Shown in pieces: positions 1-12,452 of a stretch of DNA of 64,000 nucleotides (positions are counted from its first letter, which is position 1; each line of letters starts with the position of its first letter). Below the pieces are notes generated by a model. It was not told where the DNA came from. It was given only the letters and a program-made list of their open reading frames with translations, and made no database searches. Source of the DNA: Macrostomum lignano (Eukaryota); the NCBI GenBank assembly GCA_002269645.1, contig NIVC01000201.1, positions 248,001 to 312,000 of the forward strand, given 5' to 3'. The position numbers and the translations under genes are program-made.

Positions 1-87
1 CTGCAATGAAGGAAAAAACCAATTTTTTTGTAATTGCATCAAAGGATAGAATAAGTACAGCAGACATGTACTTCACTGACTCTGCAA

Positions 88-678
88 TTGGGTATACAGG
101 TAAAACTGGTCAATGACTACTATCTAAGGAAGCACCAGCTAGGGCATCGCAATCTTCAATTTTCGAATTTTTCAAATCAGCAAGTAAACAACTTCCAAGT
201 GACCCAAATGTACCGAAGAATGGTAATGGCAAAAGTCCTATGGCCCTTATGCTTCTGTATCAGAAAGACTATTCAAGAAATGAAGATGCGGCTAAGTCGA
301 AAGTTACAAAAGTTACGTCTAGCAAAGATGCACCCATCTAACAGGCAACCTACGTTTGTCAATAGAATTCCAATCAATGAGGATTTGACTGCTATAATTC
401 AACATAGAATTCATGACATGATCATTTATGCAAGAGGTACACAGAACAACTGGTGTACATTCTTTGAGTCATTATATATTTCACTTAAAGATAGACCAGC
501 ACCTGACTATATACTGAGTCCTGCATGTGAATGGGATGAAAAAGGCCATGAAGACTATTCCATCAACCGGTGCAATCAACCAAGGAATCAACCGATCAAC
601 CAATGGAAACTTGGTTGTGTAACTCCTAGAGAAGTGAATGATTGTTCTGGTGCACATTGGATATTAGAAGAAAATTAA
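88..678 (+). other. Unassigned 196-aa ORF (possibly a decayed transposon gene)
   Basis: Open frame in the ORF track; no recognisable domain; start is a non-ATG codon. Confidence 0.2.
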
Positions 679-1057
679 CAGCAATCTTAAGTGCAGCCCA
701 GGGATCAGGTGATGGTGCAGCTACAGCACATTCAAGGGAACTAGAAGCACCACCATCCCAATGTTCAGCAAGCTCACACTGAGAGGGACTATTAATGGCA
801 ATGCAAAATCCAGAGGTTGTTGCTTCTAATAGAGATCTAGCTATGCAAAATGCAGAAATTGAGATTCATGGTGCAGATGCAATAACCCACGCATATTGCT
901 CTTCTCAAATAATGTTAGCTGAAAGAGAAGCTGTTTTTGAAATGAATGAAGAAACTAGACATCTTGAGACAGAATTTGTATGACAGCGCACTACTCATGC
1001 TGAATCTATTGCTATAGAATCTTGCCCATCAACTGATGCTAATACTGAAGCGCGGAT

Positions 1058-1372
1058 CCTGATTGCGACTTAGTTCCTCTTGATTGCAACTTAGTTCCTC
1101 CTGATTGTGACTAAATTCTTCCCAATTGGGACTTAGTTCCTCCCGATTGCAACTTAGTTCCTCTTAATTGCAACTTACTTCTTCCCAATTGCAACTTAGT
1201 TCCTCCTGATTGTGACTTACTTCTTCCCAATTGTGACTTAGTTCCTCCTGATTGCGACTTAGTTCCTCCTGATTGCAACTTAGTTCCTCCTGATTGCAAC
1301 TTAGTTCCTCCTGATTGCAACTTAGTTCCTCTTGATTGTGACTTAGTTCCTCCTGATTGCGACTTAGTTCCT
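1058..1372. repeat. 21-bp minisatellite (CCTGATTGCAACTTAGTTCCT), ~15 copies, followed by a pyrimidine tract to ~1490
   Basis: Unit read directly in the sequence. Confidence 0.95.
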
Positions 1373-1842
1373 TTGTTCTCTTTTCTTCTCTTTCTCTTTT
1401 TCTCTCCTCTTTCTCCTCTCTCTTCTTCCTCCTTTCTTTTCTTTTTCTCTTCCTTTCCTTTTTTTCTTCCCTTAATTTTTTTTCATTTTCCCATTTTTGA
1501 TTTTGCAACTTACCTTGGCCAGTAGCCATTTTATCTATCTGGTTCGGATAGGTCGGATAGGTGTTGGGCATGTATGATTCCAATTTTCAACATGGCTGGA
1601 ATCTTTGAAAGAAACCGCCAAGTGTTCAGTGGTTTTTTCAGTTGGAAACTCTTCTTTTGGTGGTTTTTTGGGTGGTTTCTTACTGGGCAGGTTTTTTGGC
1701 AGTTTCTTGCACCCAGAACTGTCTAATTGGGAGGATTTTGTGTGTGGGTGGGATCCTTGTATGAAAACATTGGTGTTTCTGCTTGGAATCAGCCAAAGAA
1801 ACAGCCACATTTTGTAGCAGGGATAAAAGGTACTAGCCATAG

Positions 1843-2342
1843 TTCAGATTATGTATTAGTGTATGCTAGGTTTAATGCTAGAAAAAAATAACAAGACCTT
1901 GTTTGTATGCCAATATAAAAAAATGTTATTTGACTCAATGTATCTGTATGCTAGGATATATCTTAATAAACTCTAAAAAATGTTAAGACCCTTGTTGTAT
2001 ACTAGGAAATCCTGGCATATAGGTTTCCTTCTAAGCTATATAGGGTATTAGTATAAGAAATAAATTAAACTAGGATATCTGAATCAAGGGAACTATTTAA
2101 TGCTTATTATTTAGATATACTAAAAATGAAAACTATATGTCTACTATAGTTTGGAAGGCAACATGTATGCCAGGATTTCTTAGCATATAAGAATAAGAAG
2201 GTACTAAACAATTTTTAGCATAAATCAAAGTATATCTTGGAAAAATTTTTGTATCAGCATACAAACATGGCATACAAATGAGGTCTCATAATTTTTTCTG
2301 GCATTAAACCCAATGTATACTAGTCTAAATACACAATCTGAA
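1843..2342. mobile_element. Degenerate ~500-bp palindrome (MITE/foldback-like)
   Basis: The left arm TTCAGATTATGTATT...GGTTTAATGCTAGAAAAAA...AGACCT.TTTGTATGCC matches the reverse complement of 2230-2342. GTATACTAGGAAATCCTGGCATA (~1998) matches the reverse complement of ~2165-2190. Confidence 0.7.
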
Positions 2343-3374
2343 ATTTTTTATAATATAGGTTTTGGTATATAGTGGTAAGAATTTAAGCAATATTATTAGT
2401 TTCATCATTAAGAAGTATATTAAAACTATATTAGGCTGTATATTATAAAGGTGCATATAGGCTAGATCAGTCTTTTAGCCTAGAATTTTCCTTTTTAACT
2501 TGGTTAGAGTCATTATCTTGGCTTGCAAATACTATTTTATATCTATATTAACATACTCTAATTTTATATATCATATCATACTAGTATGCCATACTATCCT
2601 ATAGTTAACTAGTCAAATATTCCAATGGATTAGGCCTAAATAATTATAATTAAGCTAAAACTAGCTAGCACTAGCCCATAGGCTTGATAACTAATCACAC
2701 ATATTTGATATATTATAATATAGTGATATCTATTAATAAAAACAAAAGCTTTATTAAAAGTTGCACTATTAGTCTCTTTAAAAAATATAGTCTACTTTGT
2801 CCTTGTATTAAACATTTATTAAAATAATTTTACCATCAAGAAGAGATATGCAGAGCTTATGTTACAAAACTAATGCATTTCATTTTCACATTTTCTATTA
2901 TGTTATGCACTTCATTAATTCCACCTACCAGATTTTAGTTAGCTACAAGCAGACTAAATAATGGAGCCTGACATACCACCTGGCTATCTGCCCTTGAGCA
3001 CTTACGAGTGCTCATGATCCCACTGATAGGGATGATCTTAGCAAAGTTGCTCAAGATCGCAGGTAACAATTAAACTTTGACTTTTTAGCTAAAAATTTTT
3101 AATCCTTGATTACTTCTTTTACTTAGTAGTGTGCTTCTGAATAGAGAAACTATTTTTCTTTTGAATTAGCTAGGGTCTCTGCTTTTACCAAACCATTGGC
3201 CAGTTATGTCTAGTTCAATTTTGGTTTGTCCTTATTTGATATTTTGTGCCGTCGTTTTTTTTTCATAAAAATGCTTTCATCATGTGGTTGTAAAATCAGT
3301 CTTTTTTAATGTAAAAATGTAGTTTTATAAAAGCTATCTAGAACATAGAACTCTGAGCCCATTAAAACCATGTC

Positions 3375-3900
3375 TTAAATCTAAAAACCCACACCCTAGA
3401 TTCAAGAACCCACACCTTAAATCTAAGAACCCACACCCTGAATTGAGGAACCCACACCCTGAATTTAAGAACCCACACCCTGAATCTAAGAACCCACACC
3501 TTGAATCTAAGAACCCACACCCTGAATCTAAGAACCCACACCCTGAATCTAAGAACCCACACCCTGAATCTAAGAACCCACACCCTGAATCTAAGAACTC
3601 ACACCTTGAATCTAAGAACCCACACCCTGAATCTAAGAACCCACACCCTGAATCTAAGAACCCACACCCTGAATCTAAGAACTCACACCTTGAATCTAAG
3701 AATCCACATTCTGAATCTAAGAATCCACACCCTGAATCTAAGAACTCACACCTTGAATCTAAGAACCCACACCCTGAATCTAAGAACCCACACCCTGAAT
3801 TTAAGAATCCACACCCTGAATTTAAGAATCCACACCTTGAATCTAAGAACCCACACCCTGAATTTAAGAATCCAGACCCTGAACTGAGGGACCCATACCC
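3375..3900. repeat. 21-bp minisatellite (AAGAACCCACACCCTGAATCT), ~25 copies
   Basis: Unit read directly; explains the overlapping periodic ORFs. Confidence 0.95.
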
Positions 3901-4166
3901 AGAATCTAAAAAGCCCTCACTGAACCTCAATGCACATGCTGAATCTGAATCTGATAACCTCTCTTGCATCTAAGAGCTCATATTCTGATTCCCGGAGTTC
4001 ACATCCGGAATATAAAACTGAGATATCCAAAATCGTGAAGTTTCATCATTTAAATAAACTATCTCTTGCATGCACTTAAGCGGTGCAAGTACTTTTAATA
4101 ACAGCTTTAAAAGTGTAAATTTGCTAGCGATCCAACTGATTGAAACTTTTCACACTCGCGCTCAAG

Positions 4167-7100
4167 GGGCATGCGGGTCACTTCCGGCGTGGTGACCCTG
4201 GAGAAGGACGGGCAGAATCTGATCGGGATCAGCATCGGTGGTGGGGCGCCCTACTGTCCCTGCCTGTACGTTGTGCAGATCTTCGACAACACCCCCGCCG
4301 CTAGGGATGGCACGCTGAAAAGTGGCGACGAGATCGTCAGCGTCAACGGGCAGAGCGTCAAATCCAAAAGTAAAGTGGAGGTGGCCAGGTTCATTCAGAG
4401 CTTCAAGGTGAGCTGAGTAACGATTGACTTTGAGCTTTTGGAGTAATATCAAAGCTTTCTAAAATGCTGAGAATTGAAGCAAATGTTTAGTACGAGAGTG
4501 CCTTCCCAGAGCCAGAGATTTAGTTCCAGTGTGCCTTCCCAGAGCCAGAGAGATTTAGTTCCAGAGTGCTTTCCCAGAGCCAGAGATTTAGTTCCAGAGT
4601 GCTTTCCCAGAGCCAGAGATATTTAGTTCCAGAGTGCTTTCCCAGAGCCAGAGATTTAGTTCCAGAGTGCTTTCCCAGAGCCAGAGAGATTTAGTTCCAG
4701 AGTGCTTTCCAAGAGCCAGAGAGATTTAGTTCCAGAGTGCTTTCCCAGAGCCAGAGAGATAATAGTTCCTCAGCTTTCTAAGTCTTAGAGAGATTATAGT
4801 TCCAGAGTGCTTTCTCAGTCTTAGAGAGATTATAGTTCCAGAGTGCTTTCCCAGAGCCAGAGATTTAGTTCCAGAGTGCTTTCCCAGAGCCAGAGAGATT
4901 TAGTTCCAGAGTGCTTTCCAAGAGCCAGAGAGATTTAGTTCCAGAGTGCTTTCCCAGAGCCAGAGAGATAATAGTTCCTCAGCTTTCTAAGTCTTAGAGA
5001 GATTATAGTTCCAGAGTGCTTTCTCAGTCTTAGAGAGATTATAGTTCCAGAGTGCTTTCTCAGTCTTAGAGAGATTATAGTTTCAGAGTGCTTTCCCAGA
5101 GCCAGAGAGATTTAGTTCCAGAGTGCTTTTCCAGAGCCAGGGTGCTTTTTAGCCCCCTACTAAACACCTATAATATTGCCAACACTCGCAGAGCCAAGTA
5201 ACCATTGGCTACAACTGTCTTCACGCCGACCCCAAGCAGGGCAAGTCTTTGGATATAGGTAAGTAGTATGAAACGATTTTTTAATAAAAAAAATATGCTT
5301 TTATTAAAATTAATTCAGTGCTATTTATTTACTTATTTTTTCAGTGCTGAAGAAGGCAAAGCACCGAGTGGTTGAGTCCATGTCCAGCACTACGGCTGAT
5401 GCACTGGGGCTGTCCCGCGCTATCCTGGTCAACGGTGGGTGTGCTGGCTGTTCTGCCTCAAATTCTGAGTCCGCATTCTGAATCTGAGAGTCCACCTCCT
5501 GAATCTGGGAGTCCACATTCCGAATCTGAGAGTCCACATTCCGAATCTGAGAGTCCACCTCCTGAATCTGAGAGTTCACATTCCGAATCTGAGAGTCCAC
5601 CTCCTGAATCTGGGAGTCCACATTCCGAATCTGAGAGTCCACATTCCGAATTTGAGAGTCCACCTCCTGAATCTAGGAGTCCACATTCCGAATCTGAGAG
5701 TCCACATTCCGAATCTGAGAGTCCACATTCCGAATCTGAGAGTCCACATTCCGAATCTGAGAGTCCACATTCCGAATCTGAGAGTCCACCTCCTGAATCT
5801 GAGAGTCCACCTCCTGAATCTGAGAGTCCACCTCCTGAATCTGAGAGTTCACATTCCGAATCTGAGAGTCCACCTCCTGAATCTAGGAGTCCACATTCCG
5901 AATCTGAGAGTCCACATTCCGAATCTGAGAGTCCACCTCCTGAATCTGAGAGTCCACATTCCGAATCTGAGAGTCCACATCCAAAACTGAGAGTCCACCT
6001 CCTGAATCTGAGAGTCCACATTCCGAATCTGAGAGTTCACATTCCGAATCTGAGAGTCCACATCCAAAACTGAGAGTCCACCTCCTGAATCTGAGAGTCC
6101 ACATTCCGAATCTGAGAGTCCACATCCAAAACTGAGAGTCCACCTCCTGAATCTGAGAGTCCACATTCCGAATCTGAGAGTCCACCTCCTGAATCTGGGA
6201 GTTCAGATCCTTTACATGTATGTAGGAAACCCATCCAAATAACAGTTTTAGTTATGAACATGAATACGCAGCAAGCATCCTCAATCCTCCGCAGACGGCC
6301 TCATCAAGAAGCTGGAGGAGATGAACAGCACAGCCGGGATGTTCTTCGGCCTGATGAACCATGCCAAAGCGCTCATCAAGTCCTTCTACCGGCTCAGCCA
6401 GGTGCAGCGGGCCTTCGGCGAGGTGTTCTCCGAGATCGGGGTGAAGGAGCCGCAGCCGCGAGCCTCAGAGGCCTTCTCGCACTTTGGCAGCATCCACAGG
6501 CGGATGGAGCAGGCGGCCATCGACTGCTTGAGAACTATTAAGCCGGTGCGGACCACCTCTGTCATGGGGGTCAAGCCCTGTCATGGGGTTCGGTCAAGCC
6601 CTGTCATGGAGGGTCAAGCCCTGTCATGGGAGGTCAAGCCCTGTCATGGGTGGTCAAGTCCTGTCATGGGGGGGGGTCAAGTCCTGTCATGGGGGTCGGT
6701 CAAGCTCTGTCATGGGGGGGGGTCAAGCCCTGTCATGGGGGTCGGTCAAGCTCTGTCATGAGGGGTCATGTCCTGTCATGGGGGTCGGTCAAGTCCTGTC
6801 ATGGGGGTCGGTCAAGCCCTGTCATGGGGGTCGGTCAAGCTCTGTCATGAGGGGTCAAGTCCTGTCATGGGGGTCGGTCAAGCCCTGTCATGGGGGTCAA
6901 GCTCTGTCATGGGGGTCAAGCCCTGTCATGGGGGTCAAGCCCTGTCATGGAGGTCAAGCCCTGTCATGGGGGGTCAAGTCCTGTCATGGGAGGTCAAGCC
7001 CTGTCAAGGGGGGGTCAAGCCCTGTCCTGAGGGTCAATGTCTGTCATAGGGTCAAGCCCTGTCATAGGGTCAAGCCCTGTCATGGGGGTCGGTCAAGTCC

Positions 7101-9846
7101 TGTCATGGGGGTCGGTCAAGCCCTGTCATGGGGGTCGGTCAAGCTCTGTCATGAGGGGTCAAGTCCTGTCATGGGGGTCGGTCAAGCCCTGTCATGGGGG
7201 TCAAGCTCTGTCATGGGGGTCAAGCCCTGTCATGGGGGTCAAGCCCTGTCCTGAGGGTCAATGTCTGTCATAGGGTCAAGCCCTGTCATAGGGTCAAGCC
7301 CTGTCATGGGGGTCGGTCAAGCTCTGTCATCAGGGGTCATGTCCTGTCATGGGGGTCGGTCAAGTCCTGTCATGGGGGTCGGTCAAGCCCTGTCATGGGG
7401 GTCGGTCAAGCTCTGTCATGAGGGGTCAAGTCCTGTCATGGGGGTCGGTCAAGCCCTGTCATGGGGGTCGGTCAAGCCCTGTCATGGGGGTCAAGCTCTG
7501 TCATGGGGGTCAAGCCCTGTCATGGGGGTCAAGCCCTGTAATGGAGGTCAAGCCCTGTCATGGGGGTCAAGCCCTGTCATGGAGGTCAAGCCCTGTCATG
7601 GGGGGGTCAAGCCCTGTCAAGGGAGGTCAAGCCCTGTCAAGGGGGGGTCAAGCCCTGTCCTGAGGGTCAATGTCTGTCATAGGGTCAAGCCCTGTCATAG
7701 GGTCAAGCCCTGCCATAGGGTCAAGCCCTGTCATAGGGTCAAGCCCTGTCATAGGGTCAAGCCCTGTCATAGGGTCAAGCCCTGTCATAGGGTCAAGCCC
7801 TGTCATAGGGTCAAGCCCTGTCATAGGGTCAAGCCCTGTCATAGGGTCAAGCCCTGTCATAGGGTCAAGCCCTGTCATAGGGTCAAGCCCTGTCATAGGG
7901 TCAAGCCCTGTCATAGGGTCAAGCCCTGTCATAGGGTCAAGCCCTGTCATGGGGTCAAGCCCTGTCATAGGGTCAAGCCCTGTCATAGGGTCAAGCCCTG
8001 TCATAGGGTCAAGCTCTGTCATAGGGTCAAGCTCTGTCATGGGGTCAAGCCCTGTCATGGGGTCAAGCCCTGTCATGGGGGTCAGCTGACTTGACTTTGG
8101 TCATCTTTTGTTGCTATGCGTTTTACGTCGTATGCGGTACATATCGGGGATTTTAATACTTTTATTTAATATAAACTTTTCAGATGATCAGCGATATGAA
8201 CACCTTTGTTACTAAGGCTGTGCCAGATACCAAACTGACTATTAAGAAGTACCTGGATAGCAAGTTTGAATACTTGGTAAGCTTACACTCACTGTTATTT
8301 ATAGTTATTGTTAATCTTGTTTTTGTTATGACAGATCGTAATTACATCAAATAATTTGATGTTTCAGTCCTACTGCCTCAAGGTGAAGGAGATGGACGAT
8401 GAAGAGTACAGCTACATAGCACTGCAGGAGCCTCTGTACAGAGTGGAGACGGGGAACTATGAGTACAGGTGAGGTTACAGTAATCACTACATTTATGTCC
8501 TTTTCCCTGTTTCCGCCTAATCACCCATTATCCGCCCCAGAATCACCCATTATCCGCCCTAGAATCACCCATTATCCGCCCAGAATCACCAATTATCCGC
8601 CCCAGAATCGCCCATTATCCGCCCTAGAATCACCCATTATCCGCCCAGAATCACCCATTATCCGCCCTAGAATCACCCATTATCCGCCCTAGAATCACCC
8701 ATTATCCGCCCAGAATCACCAATTATCCGCCCCAGAATCACCCATTATCCGCCCCAGAATCACCCATTATCCGCCCCAGAATCACCCATTATCCGCCCCA
8801 GAATCACCCATTATCCGCCCCAGAATCACCCATTATCCGCCCCAGAATCACCCATTATCCGCCCCAAAATCACCCATTATCTGCCCCCCAGAATCACCCA
8901 TTATCCGCCCCAAAATCACCCATTATCTGCCCCCCAGAATCACCCATTATCCGCCCTAAAATCACCCATTATCTGCCCCCCAGAATCACCCATTATCCGC
9001 CCTAAAATCACCCTTTTTCGGCCCTAGAATCATCCATTATCCGCCCCCAAGAACTACTTTTTATCCACCCCTCAAACCACAGGCTGATTCTGCGCTGCCG
9101 CCAAGAGGCCCGTGCCCGGTTCGCCAAAATGCGGAACGATGTGCTGGTGAAGATCGAGCTGCTGGATAATAAGCATGGTGAGCCGCTGTCTTAGATCCTC
9201 AGTTTGAGCAGAGCATCTCCCAGATCCTCAGTTTGAGCAGAGCATCTCCCAGATCCTCAGTTTGAGCAGAGCATCTCCCAGATCCTCAGTTTGAGCAAAG
9301 CATCTCCCAGATCCTCAGTTTGAGCAGAGGATCTCCCAGATCCTCAGTTTGAGCAGAGCATCTCCCAGATCCTCAGTTTGAGCAAAGCATCTCCCAGATC
9401 CTCAGTTTGAGCAAAGCATCTCCCAGATCCTCAGTTTGAGCAGAGCATCTCCCAGATCCTCAGTTTGAGTACGAGTCTCCGTGATCCCACTCGCCCCCGC
9501 AGTTCAGGACACGGTCTCGCAGCTGCAGCGCCTCGTGCAGGCCATGAGCACCTACCACACCGACTGTCACGAGATGATGAAGGCGTGCAGAATTTTCCCA
9601 ATCGAGATGGACCTGACTAAGAACACGTTCCAGTACCAGAGCACCACGCCGCTACACGAGGAGTTCGGCGATGATGATGACGGGGACGAGTTCGGCGCCT
9701 CTCAGCGCGACGACGAAATGCTGGACTGCACCGACGGCGGCGGCGCCGGTGAAGAAGTCGACGGAGGTCGCTCACAGAGTCGAACGGGGCTGCACCGGCC
9801 TGCCAGCGGGGCGACCTTTGATGAGCCGCTGCTGCAGCTGGACTGA
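4167..9846 (+). CDS. PICK1: PICK1 (PRKCA-binding protein; PDZ plus Arfaptin-type BAR domain), spliced, first coding exon missing
   Basis: Exons 4167-4407, 5192-5258, 5345-5434, 6295-6545, 8184-8276, 8368-8468, 9083-9177 and 9503-9846 all have AG/GT boundaries with consistent phases. Translation gives PICK1 motifs: QNLIGISIGGGAPYCPCLYVVQIFDNTPAA, ADPKQGKSLDIVLKKAKHRVVE, ADALGLSRAIL, KYLDSKFEYLSYCLKVKEMDDEEY, EPLYRVETGNYEYRLILRCRQEARARF, FPIEMDL and an acidic tail. Confidence 0.97.
4495..5135. repeat. 33-35-bp intronic minisatellite (CCAGAGCCAGAGAGATTTAGTTCCAGAGTGCTTTC)
   Basis: Unit read directly within PICK1 intron 4408-5191. Confidence 0.95.
5460..6200. repeat. 21-bp intronic minisatellite (GAGAGTCCACATTCCGAATCT / GAGAGTCCACCTCCTGAATCT)
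   Basis: Unit read directly within PICK1 intron 5435-6294. Confidence 0.95.
6555..8085. repeat. G-rich 18/23-bp intronic minisatellite (GGGGTCAAGCCCTGTCAT) with higher-order structure
   Basis: Unit read directly. A homogeneous 18-bp block spans ~7670-8030, and the marker variant GTCCTGAGGGTCAATGTCTGTCATAGG recurs at ~7024, ~7248 and ~7657. Confidence 0.95.
8518..9045. repeat. ~22-bp intronic minisatellite (ATCACCCATTATCCGCCCCAGA)
   Basis: Unit read directly within PICK1 intron 8469-9082. Confidence 0.95.
9192..9470. repeat. 29-bp intronic minisatellite (AGATCCTCAGTTTGAGCAGAGCATCTCCC), ~10 copies
   Basis: Unit read directly within PICK1 intron 9178-9502. Confidence 0.95.
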
Positions 9847-9894
9847 GCTGCGTATCCTGACTCTCAGTGCCGCTTCTGCGATCGGCTTGTGTTG

Positions 9895-10415
9895 GATCTG
9901 ACCCTGCTGTGTCCCCTGACCCTGCTGTGTCCCCTGACCTTTCTCTGTCCCCCTGACCCTGCTGTGTCCCCCTGATCCTGCTGTGTCCCCTGACCCTGCT
10001 GTGTCCCCCTGACCCTGCTGTGTCCCCCTGACCCTGCTGTGTCCCCCTGACCCTGCTGTGTCCCCCTGACCCTGCTGTGTCCCCCTGACCCTGCTGTGTC
10101 CCCCTGACCCTGCTGTGTCCCCCTGACCCTGCTGTGTCCCCCTGATCCTGCTGTGTCCCCCTGACCCTGCTGTGTCCCCCTGACCCTGCTGTGTCCCCCT
10201 GACCCTGCTGTGTCCCCCTGACCCTGCTGTGTCCCCCTGACCCTGCTGTGTCCCCCTGATCCTGCTGTGTCCCCCTGACCCTGCTGTGTCCCCCTGACCC
10301 TGCTGTGTCGATCCCCCTGACCCTGCTGTGTCCCCCTGACCCTGCTGTGTCCCCCTGATCCTGCTGTGTCCCCCTGACCCTGCTGTGTCCCCCTCATCCT
10401 GCTGTGTCCCCCTGA
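9895..10415. repeat. 19-bp minisatellite (TGACCCTGCTGTGTCCCCC) just after the PICK1 stop, probably in the 3' UTR
   Basis: Unit read directly; AATAAA at 10549-10554 lies downstream. Confidence 0.9.
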
Positions 10416-11244
10416 CTCTCTTCCCTTTTGATCCTAAGACTCAATGCTTATGGTAGCTTTGTTAACCTCCGAGGCATATCAGCTATGAATATTCGTCAAC
10501 CTACCAACCATAATTTTCATGTTGTTACCTGAATTGGATATCTGTTTTAATAAATATTCATAGTCTCTTGAAAATGGTGGCAGATTAAGTGCCTGTTATG
10601 AAGTTGTTAATAATTTATTTAATCTTCCAAAGCAGATGAGGTGCAATGCACTTTTATTATGCTAGTTTACATTTGTCACTGCCAATAATTACTCCTGTAA
10701 AATGCTTGCTACAGCCAGATCGCTTTGTTTGTTTGTTGTAAATGTCAGTTTTGTGCCTTCGAATGCTTTGATTTACTTTTTCGTTGCTTCTAGGTTGGGT
10801 ATTTTCTTGCTGTCTTCCCAATTAAAACTGTTTATATCAAAGCTCGCTGTTCGGTGCCGGTTCTTCCTCAGCTCCTTTATATTTTCCAAGAAACATCCAC
10901 CGGCGAAAGCGCTCTCCAGTAATCGTTTTTGACATCCGCGTTTTACTTGATGCTTGTTGTTTTGCTTTTTTCTAAAGGCATTTTGTACTATTTTGTCATT
11001 TTGTTCTTCCAGTCAATTTAGGACAAGTTTAGGGAACTGTTGACTCAAAAACGAATTTAAAAGAATTCCAAGATTTCAAATATATATTTAGAATAATTTT
11101 CTTAGTTGATAATGTCAAAAACATTTTGATGCATTGCTTGTTGGAAGAATTATTTTTCATATTTAAAATACTCGCATAAACTTATGTACTTGGCCCTAAT
11201 GGCAATGAGCAAGGATAAAACACTATTCATGAGCAGCACTCAGA

Positions 11245-12150
11245 CATTCTCCAGCATCCGTAGGCAGTGATGGAGCATTCTCCATCATCCGGTGGCAGTG
11301 CTGCAGACTTCTCCAGCACCTGAAGGGAGTGATGGAGCATTATCCATCATCCGGTGGCAGTGCTGCAGCATTCTCCAGCACCTGTAGGGAGTGATGGTCA
11401 TTCTCCAGCACCTGTAGGGAGTGATGGTCATTCTCCAGCACCTGTAGGGAGTGATGGTCATTCTCCAGCGCCTGTAGGGAGTGATGGTCATTCTCCAGCA
11501 CCTGTAGGAAGTGATGGAGCATTATCCATCATCCGGTGGCAGTGCTGCAGCATTATCCATCATCCGGTGGCAGTGCTGCAGCATTCTCCAGCATCCGTAG
11601 GCAGTGATTGACATTCTCCAGCATCCGTAGGCAGTGATGGATCATTCTCCATCATCCGGTGGCAGTGCTGCAGACTTCTCCAGCACCTGAAGGGAGTGAT
11701 GGAGCATTATCCATCATCCGGTGGCAGTGCTGCAGCATTCTCCAGCACCTGTAGGGAGTGATGGTCATTCTCCAGCACCTGTAGGGAGTGATGGTCATTC
11801 TTCAGCACCTGTAGGGAGTGATGGTCATTCTCCAGCACCTGTAGGGAGTGATGGAGCATTATCCATCATCCGGTGGCAGTGCTGCAGCATTATCCATCAT
11901 CCGGTGGCAGTGCTGCAGCATTCTCCAGCATCCGTAGGAAGTGATTGACATTCTCCAGCATCCGTAGGCAGTGATGGATGATTCTCCAGCATCCGTAGGC
12001 AGTGATGGTATTCTCCAGCATCCGTAGGCTGTGATGGGCACTCTCCAGCATCCGTAGTCAGTGATGGAGCATTCTCCAGCACCTGTAGGCTGTGATGGTA
12101 TTCTCCAGCATCCGTAGGCAGTGGTGGGGCATTCTCCATCATCCGTGAGC
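11245..12150. repeat. 30-31-bp minisatellite (TTCTCCAGCATCCGTAGGCAGTGATGGAGCA family)
   Basis: Unit read directly; the same unit recurs at 14543-14844 and 30699-30815. Confidence 0.95.
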
Positions 12151-12452
12151 AGAGATGTGGCAATTATACAAATAAAGCCTTTGCAAAGATAGCAGGCATT
12201 CCCCCTAAAAAAGCATCCCCAAGATAGCAAGCAATCCCCCCAGATCGCAATCATCTATGAATTACAAAACTGTTTACTCCTCAGAGTCTCTGCTTGTCCG
12301 CCGCTGTTCACCAAGTTGGCAAGCGCATTGTCAGATGAAGTCAACACTTGCACTGTCAATGCCATGCAGCGCCCCATTGTTCTCCACACCCTCTTCTCAT
12401 TGTAAACTCCGTCTGGCCTTCACGTTTTCAACTGCAAATGCGGCAATTGCAG
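12140..12452. repeat. Dispersed segment A, duplicated at ~30810-31132
   Basis: Near-identical sequence ATCCGTGAGCAG...AAAGCATCCCCAAGATAGCAAGC...GCGGCAATTGCA at both places. Confidence 0.9.

Noticed and set aside
3334-10397. Long periodic ORFs (e.g. ESKNPHP, SESESPH, SSPVIG, HRVKPC, GHSRVR repeats)
   Set aside because: They are translations of intronic or UTR minisatellites, are open in several frames at once, and conflict with the PICK1 exon structure.
10760-10935. Protein-like minus-strand frame RLLESAFAGGCFLENIKEL...
   Set aside because: No start or splice support and no recognisable family.
11245-12150. Regularly spaced 30-bp repeats resembling a CRISPR array
   Set aside because: Units are contiguous with no unique spacers, there are no cas genes, and the context is eukaryotic.
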